64,000 nucleotides of DNA from an uncultured Nitrosomonas sp. (GTDB taxonomy: Bacteria > Pseudomonadota > Gammaproteobacteria > Burkholderiales > Nitrosomonadaceae), in NCBI GenBank assembly GCA_949281375.1, contig CASDLT010000010.1:119182-183181 (forward strand), written 5' to 3'. Of the stretch, positions 9,839 through 21,674 are shown piece after piece. The notes under the pieces were generated by a model that was given only the letters and a program-made list of their open reading frames with translations, was not told where the DNA came from and searched no databases. Every line of letters begins with the position of its first letter. Positions within the stretch are counted from its first letter, which is position 1. Position numbers and translations under genes: made by a program.

Positions 9839-12800
9839 ATGCTTCGTTTCTTTACTCATTACGATGATCGTAAAATGATTACTATCAGTGGATTGACACT
9901 GATGGTTTTCATTGCGATAGCAGGCTTATCGGTTTATAAGATCATGCATTCTCGAATGGAAACCGTGGTCTTTACAAATCTGCACGATGATTTTGACCAT
10001 ACCGTCGAATTGATCGGCACGCATATCACCCATGCGATGACAATCACTCAGAACCTCGCCCGGTATATTTCTCTGGCTCAGAATCAGGCAGATACTTTTC
10101 CAGATATTCCCCTGATCCTGAACATCGCAGCCTCTGCCAATGAGGTCGAAAGCCAATCTGCAGAACATTTTTCAGCGATACGCCTACATGATGCGCATGG
10201 CAAGTTACTGCTCAGTTCCGGAAGTCCACTTAAACACCCTCATTACGTCGTTCAGCTCGATGCTGATCCCGGCATGGAAAGTTATCTGCTTTGGAATGGG
10301 CAATTTATTTTGCGCACGATCGCGATCCTCAGAATTGACGATCAAACGGAACTTGGCCGTATCGTCACCGAAATGCCGCTGACTGCCCTGACTGAGATAT
10401 TTTCAAAAACTTCACGCATTGGGAAATCGGATGAATTTTCACTGTGTGTGTCCACTTCACAGGCCACCTCGGAAGTCAGTTGTTTTCAACGTAACCTGGC
10501 TGGAATTCAGTTCAAGCATTGGGAGCGCCGTCCGCATAACTCGCTGCCCCTGCACTTCGCGATGGAAGAGCAGAAGGGCATTCAATACCTGACGGATGAC
10601 CGGCAAATCAGTGTCATCGCCGTTCACGCTCCAGTTGCTGAGGGTATCGGTGCGGTTCTGAAGATCGACGAAAGTGAAATTGCGGACTATTTACCAAATC
10701 CTAACCCAGCAATCCTGTTAGCTCTGGTGATATCGATGCTGTCCGGCATAGCTGTTTTACGCTGGCTGACATTATCCCTTTTCCCGAACACCAATCCATT
10801 CCAAACAGCACCCAACAACCATTTGAAGCAATGGGCTCCTGACGAACACAACGTAACGAAAATTTATCCGGAATCTGAGTATATCAACGCTATAGACCAA
10901 CTCGCGGCAATCTTCATTGTTGACGGTAACGGCGAAATTGTGCAGGTCAACGATAAATTATGCGAGATCAGTGGTTACGGACGTGAGGAATTGATCGGCA
11001 AGGATCACCGCATATTATGCGCTCAACAGCATTCCCGCTCGCCTCTCGCCAGCTGGATAAAAAACTCCGTCAAGAAGGGTGTGCGCCAACAGGAGATCTG
11101 CAATCGTCATAAATCCGGCGAATTGTACTGGGTGGAAACAGTGACTATTCCACTGAAGAATGCGCAGGGAATCATTGATTGCTATCTTTTTGCCAGCGTC
11201 GACATCACGGCCCGTAAGCAAAAGGATATGGCCATAACTGAACGGCTGAAAGAAAATCAGTGCTTACAAATGATCCGTAATGCCATAAGACAGGATCTCA
11301 GCATTGAAAAACTCTGCCAGCACATCGTCGAGTCGCTCACGCTGGCCATGCAATTTCCCGAATTAGCCGTTGCAATGATCGAGCTGGGTAGCAAACACAT
11401 AGCATGCCCCGGATATACTGGTCATCATCCAAGCAAAATAGACACGAAAATCATCTCCAACGGAGAAATATGCGGCCTATTAGAAGTTGCATATCAACAA
11501 GGTCGCTCTTTTCTACCGCATGAGCAACATCTTATCGACACCATTGCACATGATCTCGGCCGCTGGTACGAGCGTAAGGAAGCTGAGCAGCGCATTCTTC
11601 AGATGACCACCCATGATGCACTAACAGGTTTGCCCAACCGGCAATTGCTCCAGGATCGGATCGAACAGGCGCTGGTGCAAGATTCACGCAATCCCAAAGT
11701 CATGGCGGTGCTGTTCATTGATCTGGATCACTTCAAAATGATCAATGATTCCCTCGGTCATGATATTGGCGACCTCCTGCTCAAAGCTGTGGCAGAACGG
11801 CTGATGACTTGCGTACGCAATGAAGATACTGTCGCACGCCAAGGTGGTGATGAATTCATCGTAGTGTTAAATTCGATTTCAGAATCCCTGGATGCCGCAA
11901 AAGTGGCGCAAAAAATCCTTGATGCGTTAGTCCAACCCCACGTCATTCTTCATCATGAATTGCATATTGGCGGCAGCATAGGAATTGCGGTCTTTCCCGA
12001 TGACGGCACGAGCTCAGAAACATTATTGAAGAACAGCGATGTAGCGATGTATCATGCAAAAGAGAACGGTCGCAACAATTATCAGTTCTTTACCAACGAT
12101 CTCAACAAATCGGCCCATGAGCGTCACACTCTTGGACTGGATCTTCGTCATGCACTAGAAAGAAACGAATTGGTTTTATTTTATCAGCCAGTGATGGATA
12201 TGCCTGATAATCGGCTGCACAGCGTGGAAGCATTGCTGCGCTGGCAGCATCCTCAGCAGCAATTGATCGGTCCGGATAAGTTCATTGGTCTGGCCGAGGA
12301 AACGGGGCTGATCATACCCATTGGTGAATGGGTCATCAAAACTGTCTGTCTCCAAATCAAAGCATGGAAAAGCCAGGGCTATTCAGTGCCTAGAGTAGCC
12401 ATCAATCTTTCCGGCAGGCAATTCAGAGATAACTCATTGATCAAGAATATTTCCCATATCCTGGAAGAAACCGGAACAGAAGCACGTTACATCACGCTGG
12501 AAATCACCGAAAGCATGCTCATTGATGATATTGAAAAAGTAGTGAATACATTGAAGTGCTTAAGCGAAATGGGCATTCACATCTCAATTGACGATTTTGG
12601 AACAGGCTACTCCAGTCTCAGTTACCTGAAGCGTTTTCCGATCCATACTCTCAAGATAGACCGCTCATTCGTGCGGGATATCGTCACAGACAAGAATGAC
12701 CACACCATTGTCGCCGCGATCATTGCGATGGCGCACAGCCTGGAAATCGAGGTCATCGCCGAAGGCATCGAAACGGCAGAGCAACTGCAGCTTCTCATGG

Positions 12801-12919
12801 CACAGCGCTGCAATCATTATCAGGGCTATTATTTCAGCCGTCCCGTTCCGGTATCACAAATCGAAAATATGCTGCAGGAATCGGTCACTACCGTGAATAA
12901 AATGCACGCCGTCGGCTGA
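9839..12919 (+). CDS. Membrane-bound PAS/GAF/GGDEF/EAL c-di-GMP enzyme
   Basis: Intact GGDEF with RxxD I-site (RNED) five residues upstream; EAL, DDFGTGYSS and KIDRSF motifs; PAS 'SGYGREELIG'. Start uncertain (9767, 9839 or 9875). Confidence 0.92.
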   Translation: MLRFFTHYDDRKMITISGLTLMVFIAIAGLSVYKIMHSRMETVVFTNLHDDFDHTVELIGTHITHAMTITQNLARYISLAQNQADTFPDIPLILNIAASANEVESQSAEHFSAIRLHDAHGKLLLSSGSPLKHPHYVVQLDADPGMESYLLWNGQFILRTIAILRIDDQTELGRIVTEMPLTALTEIFSKTSRIGKSDEFSLCVSTSQATSEVSCFQRNLAGIQFKHWERRPHNSLPLHFAMEEQKGIQYLTDDRQISVIAVHAPVAEGIGAVLKIDESEIADYLPNPNPAILLALVISMLSGIAVLRWLTLSLFPNTNPFQTAPNNHLKQWAPDEHNVTKIYPESEYINAIDQLAAIFIVDGNGEIVQVNDKLCEISGYGREELIGKDHRILCAQQHSRSPLASWIKNSVKKGVRQQEICNRHKSGELYWVETVTIPLKNAQGIIDCYLFASVDITARKQKDMAITERLKENQCLQMIRNAIRQDLSIEKLCQHIVESLTLAMQFPELAVAMIELGSKHIACPGYTGHHPSKIDTKIISNGEICGLLEVAYQQGRSFLPHEQHLIDTIAHDLGRWYERKEAEQRILQMTTHDALTGLPNRQLLQDRIEQALVQDSRNPKVMAVLFIDLDHFKMINDSLGHDIGDLLLKAVAERLMTCVRNEDTVARQGGDEFIVVLNSISESLDAAKVAQKILDALVQPHVILHHELHIGGSIGIAVFPDDGTSSETLLKNSDVAMYHAKENGRNNYQFFTNDLNKSAHERHTLGLDLRHALERNELVLFYQPVMDMPDNRLHSVEALLRWQHPQQQLIGPDKFIGLAEETGLIIPIGEWVIKTVCLQIKAWKSQGYSVPRVAINLSGRQFRDNSLIKNISHILEETGTEARYITLEITESMLIDDIEKVVNTLKCLSEMGIHISIDDFGTGYSSLSYLKRFPIHTLKIDRSFVRDIVTDKNDHTIVAAIIAMAHSLEIEVIAEGIETAEQLQLLMAQRCNHYQGYYFSRPVPVSQIENMLQESVTTVNKMHAVG

Positions 12920-12939
12920 TCAAGCTACGAAATCCTTCT

Positions 12940-12967
12940 CTTGAAATTTTGTTATCATCCCCCACGT
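12940..12967 (+). promoter_or_regulatory. Sigma-32 (RpoH)-type promoter of clpB
   Basis: CTTGAA-N14-CCCCACGT, about 35 nt before the clpB ATG; near the CTTGAA-N13/14-CCCCATNT consensus. Confidence 0.7.
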
Positions 12968-13000
12968 ACGAGCCATTAATCTTTCTGGGGAGAACCTGCT

Positions 13001-15598
13001 ATGCGTTTCGACAAGCTTACAACCAAGTTTCAACAAGCCATCTCGGACGCGCAAAGTATTGCGGTCGGTCAGGACAATTCAACCATTGAGCCACAGCACT
13101 TACTTCTCGCGCTTTTACAGCAAGAGGACGGCAGCACCGTTTCTCTGCTTCAGCGCTCAGGCGTCAATACTGCGCCGCTTCTGGAAAATCTCAAGCAACA
13201 AATACAGCGGCTGCCGAAAATTGAAAATTCCGGCGGTGAAGTCACGCTCTCCCGCACATTGAATAATCTGCTCAACCTAGCGGACAAGGAAGCCCAGAAA
13301 CGCAACGATCAGTTCATCGCCTCGGAAATGTTCTTGTTGGCCGTTTTGCAGGATAAAGGTGAGATCGGCGCATTATTGAAACAATTTGGCGCCAATTATG
13401 CAGCACTCCAACAGGCCATCAATGCCGTACGCGGCGGCGAGCAAGTGAGCAATCCCGAAGCTGAAGGCAGCCGCGAAGCATTGAAAAAATACACTCTCGA
13501 CCTGACCGAGCGGGCGCGTCAAGGTAAGCTGGATCCAGTCATCGGCCGCGATGATGAGATCCGCCGCGCCATTCAGGTTCTGCAACGCCGCACCAAAAAC
13601 AATCCGGTGCTGATCGGTGAACCCGGCGTCGGCAAAACCGCCATCGTCGAAGGTCTGGCGCAACGCATCGTCAACGGTGAAGTGCCCGAAAGCCTGAAAG
13701 ACAAACGCGTCCTAGTGCTGGACATGGCTGCATTGCTGGCGGGCGCAAAATATCGTGGCGAATTCGAAGAGCGTCTCAAATCGGTTTTGAAAGAACTTGC
13801 GCAGGACGAAGGAAAAACCATCGTTTTCATCGATGAACTGCACACGATGGTTGGCGCCGGCAAAGCCGAGGGCGCAATGGACGCGGGCAACATGCTCAAA
13901 CCCGCGCTGGCGCGTGGCGAATTGCATTGCGTCGGCGCAACCACGCTGGATGAATATCGCAAATATATCGAGAAAGACGCCGCGCTGGAGCGCCGCTTTC
14001 AGAAAGTGCTGGTCGAAGAACCGTCAGTGGAAGCCACCATTGCCATTCTCCGTGGACTGCAGGAAAAATATGAGTTGCATCATGGCGTCGATATTACCGA
14101 CCCCGCGATCGTGGCAGCGGCGGAATTATCCAACCGCTACATCACCGACCGTTTCTTGCCAGACAAGGCAATCGATCTGATTGACGAGGCGGCAGCTCGC
14201 ATCAAAATGGAAATTGACTCCAAACCAGAAGCTCTTGATAAGTTGGACCGGCGCTTGATTCAATTAAAGATCGAACGCGAAGCGATCAGGAAGGAAAAAG
14301 ACGAGGCTTCGCAAAAGCGCCTGCAACTGCTCGAAGATGAAATCAAGCAAAAAGAGCGTGAATATGCCGATTTAGAAGAAATCTGGAAAACTGAAAAATT
14401 CCAGGTGCAGGGTTCCCAGCACATCAAGGAAGAAATGGAAAAAATCAAGCTGGAAGTCGAAGCCGCGACCCGCAAAGGAGATTGGCAAAAGGTTTCTGAA
14501 TTGCAATATGGCCGACTCCCGCAACTGGAAGCGCAACTGCAATCGCAACTCAATGAGCAGAAAGCGCCAGATGGCAGTTCAAAAACCGCGCATGCCCCTA
14601 AGTTATTGCGTACGCAAGTGGGCGCTGAGGAGATTGCTGAAGTCGTTTCCCGCGCAACCGGCATTCCAGTTTCCAAGATGATGCAGGGCGAACGCGAAAA
14701 ACTGCTGACGATGGAACAAAAGCTCCACAATCGCGTCGTTGGTCAGGATGAAGCCGTCAAGTTGGTCTCGGACGCGATTCGGCGTTCGCGCGCCGGATTG
14801 GCCGATCCGAACCGGCCGTACGGCTCTTTTCTGTTCCTCGGCCCCACGGGTGTCGGTAAAACTGAACTCTGCAAGGCACTGGCCGGCTTTTTGTTCGATT
14901 CGGAAGATCATCTGATCCGTGTCGATATGTCCGAGTTCATGGAAAAACATTCGGTAGCGCGTCTGATTGGCGCGCCTCCGGGTTATGTCGGTTACGAAGA
15001 AGGTGGATATTTGACCGAACTGGTGCGTCGTAAACCTTACGCCGTAATTTTGCTCGATGAGGTCGAGAAAGCTCATCCGGATGTTTTCAATGTATTACTG
15101 CAGGTTCTGGATGACGGTCGCATGACCGACGGTCAAGGCCGCACTGTCGACTTCAAGAATACCGTCATCGTAATGACTTCCAATCTTGGTTCGCAAATGA
15201 TTCAGGATATGGCTGGCAGCGCATATTCAGCCATCAAGGAAGCCGTGATGAGCGAGGTAAAGACGCACTTCCGTCCCGAATTCATCAATCGCATCGATGA
15301 AGTTGTCGTGTTTCATGCCTTGGATGCACAGCATATCCAATCGATTGCCAAAATACAGTTGCATTATCTGGAAACGCGGTTGGCAAAACTGGACATGAAA
15401 CTTGAAGTCAGCGACGCAGCTCTGGCAGCCATTTCTCAAGCAGGTTTCGATCCAGTGTTTGGTGCTCGCCCGCTTAAACGCGCCATTCAGGCTCAAATCG
15501 AGAATCCATTGGCAAAAGAAATTCTGGAGGGCAGATTTGTGGCGAAAGATATCATCAAGGTGGATTATGGCGACGGCGCCATTCATTTCTCCAAATGA
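13001..15598 (+). CDS. clpB: ATP-dependent chaperone ClpB
   Basis: 865 aa. Two Walker A motifs ([16 protein letters not shown]), middle coiled coil, 'GARPLKR'. Confidence 0.99.
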   Translation: MRFDKLTTKFQQAISDAQSIAVGQDNSTIEPQHLLLALLQQEDGSTVSLLQRSGVNTAPLLENLKQQIQRLPKIENSGGEVTLSRTLNNLLNLADKEAQKRNDQFIASEMFLLAVLQDKGEIGALLKQFGANYAALQQAINAVRGGEQVSNPEAEGSREALKKYTLDLTERARQGKLDPVIGRDDEIRRAIQVLQRRTKNNPVLIGEPGVGKTAIVEGLAQRIVNGEVPESLKDKRVLVLDMAALLAGAKYRGEFEERLKSVLKELAQDEGKTIVFIDELHTMVGAGKAEGAMDAGNMLKPALARGELHCVGATTLDEYRKYIEKDAALERRFQKVLVEEPSVEATIAILRGLQEKYELHHGVDITDPAIVAAAELSNRYITDRFLPDKAIDLIDEAAARIKMEIDSKPEALDKLDRRLIQLKIEREAIRKEKDEASQKRLQLLEDEIKQKEREYADLEEIWKTEKFQVQGSQHIKEEMEKIKLEVEAATRKGDWQKVSELQYGRLPQLEAQLQSQLNEQKAPDGSSKTAHAPKLLRTQVGAEEIAEVVSRATGIPVSKMMQGEREKLLTMEQKLHNRVVGQDEAVKLVSDAIRRSRAGLADPNRPYGSFLFLGPTGVGKTELCKALAGFLFDSEDHLIRVDMSEFMEKHSVARLIGAPPGYVGYEEGGYLTELVRRKPYAVILLDEVEKAHPDVFNVLLQVLDDGRMTDGQGRTVDFKNTVIVMTSNLGSQMIQDMAGSAYSAIKEAVMSEVKTHFRPEFINRIDEVVVFHALDAQHIQSIAKIQLHYLETRLAKLDMKLEVSDAALAAISQAGFDPVFGARPLKRAIQAQIENPLAKEILEGRFVAKDIIKVDYGDGAIHFSK

Positions 15599-15736
15599 AA
15601 GGAAAGCCTTTTGATGGATGGACTGAAAATGATGTCTACCCTGCTCGTGAGCACAAAATATGTCAGAATTGCCGGAGAATATGCTTAAGCGTTAAAAGAT
15701 TCGGGTAAAATGTGCTTTTTTACTGGATAGATTGTT

Positions 15737-16624
15737 ATGTTTAAAGGTAGCTTAGTAGCTATCGTGACGCCCATGCATGATGATGGCGGACTGGATCTAG
15801 AACGGTTCCGCTCTCTTCTTGATTTCCACATCGCGGAGGGTACCGATGGCGTTGTAGTGGTTGGGACTACCGGCGAATCTCCTACAGTGGATTTTGATGA
15901 ACACCATCTGCTGATGCAGACGGCAGTTGATCACGTTGCCGGGCGTATACCCGTCATCGCCGGAACGGGCGCCAATTCGACGCGTGAAGCGATTGATTTA
16001 TCGATTTTCGCAAAAAATTCAGGAGTCGATGCCTGTCTTTCTGTCGCTCCCTATTACAACAAACCCACCCAGGAAGGGTTATATCAACATTTCAAGGCCA
16101 TCGCGGAAGCCGTCGACATTCCGCATATCCTCTACAATGTCCCGGGCAGGACGGTTTCTGATATTCATAATGACACGGCATTGCGTCTGGCTGAAATTCC
16201 CAACATCGTCGGTATCAAGGATGCCACTGGCCATATCGGACGAGGTTCCGATCTGTTGCTCCGAGCCCCGCCCGATTTCTCGATTTATAGCGGCGACGAT
16301 ATCAGTTCGCTAGCGTTGTTGTTATTGGGTGGGCATGGCGTTATCTCAGTCACTGCGAATGTTGCCCCAAGAATGATGCATGATTTGTGCATTGCTGCTA
16401 AGGCAGGCGACCTCAACAATGCCCGATCAATCAATAATAAACTGTTGCGCCTGCACAATGATTTATTTATTGAAGCCAATCCCATTCCCGTTAAATGGGC
16501 TGTCGCACAGATGGGTCTGATCGGGCATGGTATCCGATTACCGCTCACACCTCTATCCGGTCAATATCACGCGCTCATACTCGAAGCAATGCAATCTGCA
16601 AATATATCCGTATCGAAGGAGTAA
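15737..16624 (+). CDS. dapA: 4-hydroxy-tetrahydrodipicolinate synthase
   Basis: Motifs 'GTTGES', 'YYNKP', 'LYNVPGRT' and 'GIKDA'. Confidence 0.98.
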   Translation: MFKGSLVAIVTPMHDDGGLDLERFRSLLDFHIAEGTDGVVVVGTTGESPTVDFDEHHLLMQTAVDHVAGRIPVIAGTGANSTREAIDLSIFAKNSGVDACLSVAPYYNKPTQEGLYQHFKAIAEAVDIPHILYNVPGRTVSDIHNDTALRLAEIPNIVGIKDATGHIGRGSDLLLRAPPDFSIYSGDDISSLALLLLGGHGVISVTANVAPRMMHDLCIAAKAGDLNNARSINNKLLRLHNDLFIEANPIPVKWAVAQMGLIGHGIRLPLTPLSGQYHALILEAMQSANISVSKE

Positions 16625-16625
16625 G

Positions 16626-17780
16626 ATGTCAACAATGCACTGGCGAAAAGCGACCTTGTCGTCTCTAGTATTGATGCTTTCCTTGACAAATACCGGTTGC
16701 GGTACTTTTCAGCTCTTCCCCGAGACTAAAACGATTGATTATAAATCTGCAGGAAAATTACCTCCGCTAGAGATTCCTCCCGATCTTGTCCAACCTGCCA
16801 TCGATGAACGCTATACCATACCCGAGGGTGGTTCAGGGACAGCCACGTTTTCAAGCTACAGTAACGAGCGAGGGAATCAATCGAAAACGAGCAATACCGC
16901 TTTCATACCGTCATCGGTGCAGAATGTTCATATCGAACGGGCCGGAACCCAGCGCTGGTTGGTGGTACCACAACCCCCGGAAGCACTCTGGCCAGTCATC
17001 AAGGAGTTCTGGCAAGAACTCGGTTTTTTGATCAAAACCGAAGTTCCCGAAGCTGGCATCATGGAAACGGATTGGGCTGAGAATCGAGCTAAGATTCCCC
17101 ATGATCTAATCAGAACGTTCCTGTCCACTTTCCTGGATAGCATTTACTCAACGGCTGAACGCGATAAATTCCGCACTCGGCTTGAGCGGAATGAACAGGG
17201 CAATACAGAAATCTATATCAGTCATCGCGGCATGAGTGAAGTACTCGAAGGAGGCAGTCTCAACCGCACGGTCTGGCAACCCAAACCTGCCGATCCTGAT
17301 CTGGAAGCGGAGATGCTGTCCCGCTTGATGATGCGTTTCGGGGTCGAGGAAGAAAAAGCCAAAATGGAATTGACCACCGGTCGAAGTACTACTCAAGAGC
17401 GGGCTTATATAGAATCTGGAACTGACAATGCACTCATCATCAATGAAGCATTTGACCGATCGTGGCGGAGGATTGGTCTGGCACTGGACCGCATCGGTTT
17501 TACTGTTGAGGATCGAAATCGCGCAGAAGGCATTTATTTTGTGCGGTATCTGAATCCTGACAAAGACATCAAGAAAAAGGGCGATGATGAAGGGATTTTG
17601 TCGGGACTGATGTTCTGGCGCAGTGATGATTCGAACGATAAAGCTGCAAAGTACCGCATCCAGGTCAATAATACTGGCACCAGCACCAGCAAGGTCACAC
17701 TGTCCAACGAAGATGGATCGGCTGTTAGCTCAGCTACTGCCAAACGCATTCTTACTCTGTTACACGACCAGCTCAAGTAG
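16626..17780 (+). CDS. bamC: Outer-membrane assembly lipoprotein BamC (NlpB/DapX)
   Basis: Directly follows dapA. Motifs 'PPLEIPPDL', 'GIMETDWAENRA' and 'AERDKFRTRLE'. Start moved to ATG 16626. Confidence 0.92.
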   Translation: MSTMHWRKATLSSLVLMLSLTNTGCGTFQLFPETKTIDYKSAGKLPPLEIPPDLVQPAIDERYTIPEGGSGTATFSSYSNERGNQSKTSNTAFIPSSVQNVHIERAGTQRWLVVPQPPEALWPVIKEFWQELGFLIKTEVPEAGIMETDWAENRAKIPHDLIRTFLSTFLDSIYSTAERDKFRTRLERNEQGNTEIYISHRGMSEVLEGGSLNRTVWQPKPADPDLEAEMLSRLMMRFGVEEEKAKMELTTGRSTTQERAYIESGTDNALIINEAFDRSWRRIGLALDRIGFTVEDRNRAEGIYFVRYLNPDKDIKKKGDDEGILSGLMFWRSDDSNDKAAKYRIQVNNTGTSTSKVTLSNEDGSAVSSATAKRILTLLHDQLK

Positions 17781-17796
17781 ATACAGGTCAACACTT

Positions 17797-17833
17797 AAAA
17801 AAGAAAACCGCCGAAAGGGCGGTTTTCTTTTTT
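17797..17833. terminator. Bidirectional Rho-independent terminator
   Basis: aaaaaagaaaaccgcc-gaaag-ggcggttttctttttt between convergent genes. Confidence 0.9.
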
Positions 17834-17858
17834 CTCCCTTAGGAGGAATTCCTAATTC

Positions 17859-18077
17859 TTAGTGCCCGTCTTTACTGGTTCCGCCATAAGGACGAGGATC
17901 AGCACCTTCTTTCAAGCAATTGCCATTTCCATCGAGGCCATGCGGACATTCGTTTTGTCCACCGCTAATAAGTTTTTCGTAATTTGCTTTTTCGGTTTCA
18001 GGAAGCGCTTGATTTGGTTTTCCACATGCAGACAATGCCAAGGCCAATAAGGAGGCGGCCAGAAGAGTATATTTCAT
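17859..18077 (-). CDS. Small lipoprotein (72 aa)
   Basis: [18 protein letters not shown] lipobox; AAGGA RBS; shares the bamC terminator. Confidence 0.8.
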   Translation of the reverse strand: MKYTLLAASLLALALSACGKPNQALPETEKANYEKLISGGQNECPHGLDGNGNCLKEGADPRPYGGTSKDGH

Positions 18078-18261
18078 TATCTAATTTTCCTTATAAAAGT
18101 TCTTTTAACTTACTTAGGGGGAAGCAGTATATAACGAACCCAACCGATCGTTCAAGCACGTTTTCAGGTCAATCTTATCAATGAATTCCTTATAGGGGAG
18201 CCTACTCAGACTCGAGAAAAATCATTGCAAAAGCATGTCGGTCAAAAGAAATACATCGAAT

Positions 18262-19170
18262 TCATGACAATTTTTCTTTGTGAAAGAGTTCCGTTAATGC
18301 ACGAGTCACTCCTATTTGCCAGACTGGGAGTTCCAACTGGAACTGACCCTCGAGTTTGTGGGTCGCCAGGCGCGAGTTCAACGGGCGCACGGCCGGCAAA
18401 GGAAACTGATCACTGAATATGGGCGATACTGCCTCAGGCTGTACCATCAAGGGAAAATTTTCCCGCCGCGCATGAGTCAGGACAAATTGGGCATATTCAA
18501 ACCACGATGTATACCCTCGCGCCACCAGATGGAATACACCGCAAGCTTCAGGTTGATATTTCAAGGAATGCAATACCTGCGCGGTAATATCCGCGATCAG
18601 TTCCGCACCAGTGGGCGATCCGATCTGATCATCGACAATCGTCAGGGTGTCGCGTTGTTGTGCCAGGCGCAGTATTGTCTTGATGAAATTATGACCATAG
18701 ATTGAATACACCCAACTGGTTCGAAAAATAAAATAAGCGCAGCCGGAAGTAATGATATTTTTTTCACCCTGTAGCTTGGTTTTTCCATACATATTCAGTG
18801 GCTGAGCAGCGTCTGTCTCTCGATAGGGTTCGCTGCCGCGGCCGTCGAACACATAGTCTGTCGAGTAATGCACCATGGTTGCGTTCAATCGCCGCGCCTC
18901 CTCGGCCAGCACCCCCGGCGCTTCTGAATTGATGATCTGAGCCAATCCGTGTTCTTGCTCAGCTTTATCGACCGCCGTATAAGCTGCCGCATTTACAATG
19001 ATATCCGGCGAAATTTGCCGCAGGGTTCGAACGATTCCCGTCAAATTCGTCAAATCGCCACAGAAAGTCTCATCCGAAGAACTGACTGCGATCAATTCTC
19101 CCAACGGCGCCAAGCTCCGTTGCAATTCCCATCCTACTTGACCATTCTTGCCGAAAAGCACGATTTTCAT
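18262..19170 (-). CDS. rfbD: dTDP-4-dehydrorhamnose reductase
   Basis: Motifs 'GKNGQVG', 'NAAAYTAVDKAE', 'STDYVFDG' and YGKTK. Confidence 0.97.
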   Translation of the reverse strand: MKIVLFGKNGQVGWELQRSLAPLGELIAVSSSDETFCGDLTNLTGIVRTLRQISPDIIVNAAAYTAVDKAEQEHGLAQIINSEAPGVLAEEARRLNATMVHYSTDYVFDGRGSEPYRETDAAQPLNMYGKTKLQGEKNIITSGCAYFIFRTSWVYSIYGHNFIKTILRLAQQRDTLTIVDDQIGSPTGAELIADITAQVLHSLKYQPEACGVFHLVARGYTSWFEYAQFVLTHARRENFPLMVQPEAVSPIFSDQFPLPAVRPLNSRLATHKLEGQFQLELPVWQIGVTRALTELFHKEKLS

Positions 19171-20225
19171 GACCGCTCACCCGCATAATTTTTTTCCATC
19201 CATTCCCGGTATGCGCCTGTCTGAACATCAGTAATCCAAGATCGATGTTGCAGATACCATTGAATGGTCTTGCGTATGCCTGAGTCGAAAGTATCAGCCG
19301 GTTTCCAATTCAGTTCGCGCTCAATTTTGGAGGCATCGATCGCATAGCGCCGGTCGTGTCCCGGACGATCAGTGACATAGGTTATCAAATGCTGAAAAGA
19401 CGAATCAGGGTAGGTTTCCTGCAATAAACCGCAAATCTTGTGAATGATCTCGATATTGGGTTTTTCGTTCCAGCCACCGATATTATAAACCTCGCCTACC
19501 GTACCTGCTTCCAGAACACGGCAAATTGCATTGCAATGATCAATAACATATAACCAGTCGCGAATTTGCTGGCCATCGCCATATACCGGCAGAGGCTTGC
19601 CCTCCAGGGCGTTAACGATCATCAGCGGAATCAATTTTTCCGGAAACTGGAACGGGCCGTAATTGTTTGAACAATTGGTAGTCAAAACCGGCAAGCCATA
19701 GGTATGATGATAGGCGCGCACCAGATGATCACTGGAAGCCTTGCTGGCTGAATAAGGACTATTAGGCTGATAGCGGTGCTGTTCGGTAAAAGCCGCTTCT
19801 TCTCGCGCCAAAGAACCATAGACTTCGTCAGTAGATACGTGCAAGAAGCGGAAATCCCGCTTCTCTGCAGCATCCAGTTCCCCCCAATAACCTCGAACCA
19901 CTTCCAATAATCGGAACGTACCTAGAATATTGGTCTGAATAAAATCCTCCGGCCCATGAATCGATCGATCGACGTGGCTTTCCGCCGCAAAATTGATGAT
20001 GGCGCGGGGTTGATGTTGTTTCAATATACGTGCAATCAGATGCGCATCCCCGATATCTCCCTGGACAAACTGATGCCGGCTGTCTCCTTGTATAGATGCC
20101 AGATTTTTCAAATTGCCCGCATAGGTTAATTTATCGAGATTCACGATGGACTCGTCCGACTGGACAAGCCAATTCAGCACAAAATTACTTCCAATAAATC
20201 CCGCTCCGCCTGTAACTAGAATCAT
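19167..20225 (-). CDS. rfbB: dTDP-glucose 4,6-dehydratase
   Basis: Motifs 'VTGGAGFIGS', 'AAESHVDRSI', 'VSTDEVYG' and 'YSASK'; 4-nt overlap with rfbD. Confidence 0.98.
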   Translation of the reverse strand: MILVTGGAGFIGSNFVLNWLVQSDESIVNLDKLTYAGNLKNLASIQGDSRHQFVQGDIGDAHLIARILKQHQPRAIINFAAESHVDRSIHGPEDFIQTNILGTFRLLEVVRGYWGELDAAEKRDFRFLHVSTDEVYGSLAREEAAFTEQHRYQPNSPYSASKASSDHLVRAYHHTYGLPVLTTNCSNNYGPFQFPEKLIPLMIVNALEGKPLPVYGDGQQIRDWLYVIDHCNAICRVLEAGTVGEVYNIGGWNEKPNIEIIHKICGLLQETYPDSSFQHLITYVTDRPGHDRRYAIDASKIERELNWKPADTFDSGIRKTIQWYLQHRSWITDVQTGAYREWMEKNYAGERS

Positions 20226-20267
20226 TGAGCTGCCTCAAAAAATAAAATGATCACACGAACTCGTATC

Positions 20268-20295
20268 TATTCCTATATTCCTATATTCCTATATT
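20268..20295. repeat. 8-bp tandem repeat (TATTCCTA)x3.5
   Basis: Read directly; lies in the tilS-rfbB gap, about 43 nt upstream of the rfbB start. Confidence 0.9.
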
Positions 20296-20315
20296 TTCAA
20301 CATTGATCAGGTCGC

Positions 20316-21674
20316 TTATGATGGATCCCAGAGCGGCATTATGCCCAGTTCTGTCGACCTTGTTTGAAATTCACAGTCGACGCCAATGCCCGGAACCCAA
20401 ACGAGTTTCTCATCACAAAACAGTAAAGGCACATGCATACGTTCCCAGGGAGGAATAAACGCCTCCTGAAGCAAATTTTTCAAGCTCCGGCGCGGGCGGT
20501 TACAAGCTGGTCTGATTCGTTCTCCTCCGCTGCGCGAGCGAATGCTGAGCGATTTACCGAGCAATTTCTGCGGATCTATTCCATCAATGGTGGATTCGAC
20601 AAAACCAATGGTGCCCCTGATATGCTGCATGGTCGGCAAGGCTCCACCATGCCATACATAGCGCTGTTCCTTGAATTCCTTTATTTTTTCTTGACGCAGC
20701 AAAATATAAATAGCGCCCTGATAGCTACGAATTTCAGTATTGCCAAAGCTCATATGAAATTGGTGATCTGGTGACAATGCCTGGAGCTGCCTCAGAATTT
20801 CATTGAGTCGTGCCGCACTCGGCAGATCCGCACCATGCAATAACAAACAATAACGAAACAGATTCTTGGCCCGCGGGGCACTGAGTTTACGCAGCTTTTG
20901 TAGATTTAATCTGCCAGCAACCAGGCAATTATCGCGATCGATCTGAGCCAATTCGTCCAGAAGCAAAACGGCTTCCGAAAAATGGCGGCTGCTGCGCAGC
21001 AGCATGTCAGGGTACTGCGGATACCGCTTCCGGATGATCGGAAAGACGTCGTGGCGCAAGAAATTCCGATCAAATGCCGTATCGGCATTACTTTCATCCG
21101 TGATCCAGGTCAATTCGTTCTGCCGCGCATAAGCTTCGATATGGCAACGGGAAACCTCCAGCAACGGGCGAAGTATTTTTGGTGAATTATGACTCTGCTG
21201 ATTCCGAACCGCTGGCATCGCGCTCAGTCCTTTGAGGCCGGCGCCACGAAATAATTGCAATAACATGGTTTCAGCCTGGTCATCGAGATGTTGCGCCAGC
21301 AGGACATAATCAGCCTGGATGCGATCAAAAATCCGATAGCGTTGTTCGCGTGCACTGGCTTCCAGACTGATGCCCGGGCCTTTCTTGACCTGCACATACG
21401 CCACATGGACCGGAATTCGATAGGAATGACATATATCACAGCAGAACTTGCTCCAATACCCGGCATTATCACTGATGCCATGATTGACATGCACAGCAGT
21501 GAGCGTGAAATGCATTTCTTTGGATAGCACAGCAAGTATATGCAGCAACACCACCGAATCCACACCGCCACTCAATGCAATCGTCAACTGGTGACCCGGA
21601 GAAACATGCTGCAGCAGGGCTCTTCTCGTATCACATACGATACTATTCGACTTTGACTTCCTTGTATGAACCAT
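20316..21674 (-). CDS. tilS: tRNA(Ile)-lysidine synthase
   Basis: Motifs 'ALSGGVDS', 'EASAREQRY', 'QHLDDQAET' and 'RPLL'. ATG 21674 overlaps the accA end. Confidence 0.96.
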   Translation of the reverse strand: MVHTRKSKSNSIVCDTRRALLQHVSPGHQLTIALSGGVDSVVLLHILAVLSKEMHFTLTAVHVNHGISDNAGYWSKFCCDICHSYRIPVHVAYVQVKKGPGISLEASAREQRYRIFDRIQADYVLLAQHLDDQAETMLLQLFRGAGLKGLSAMPAVRNQQSHNSPKILRPLLEVSRCHIEAYARQNELTWITDESNADTAFDRNFLRHDVFPIIRKRYPQYPDMLLRSSRHFSEAVLLLDELAQIDRDNCLVAGRLNLQKLRKLSAPRAKNLFRYCLLLHGADLPSAARLNEILRQLQALSPDHQFHMSFGNTEIRSYQGAIYILLRQEKIKEFKEQRYVWHGGALPTMQHIRGTIGFVESTIDGIDPQKLLGKSLSIRSRSGGERIRPACNRPRRSLKNLLQEAFIPPWERMHVPLLFCDEKLVWVPGIGVDCEFQTRSTELGIMPLWDPS

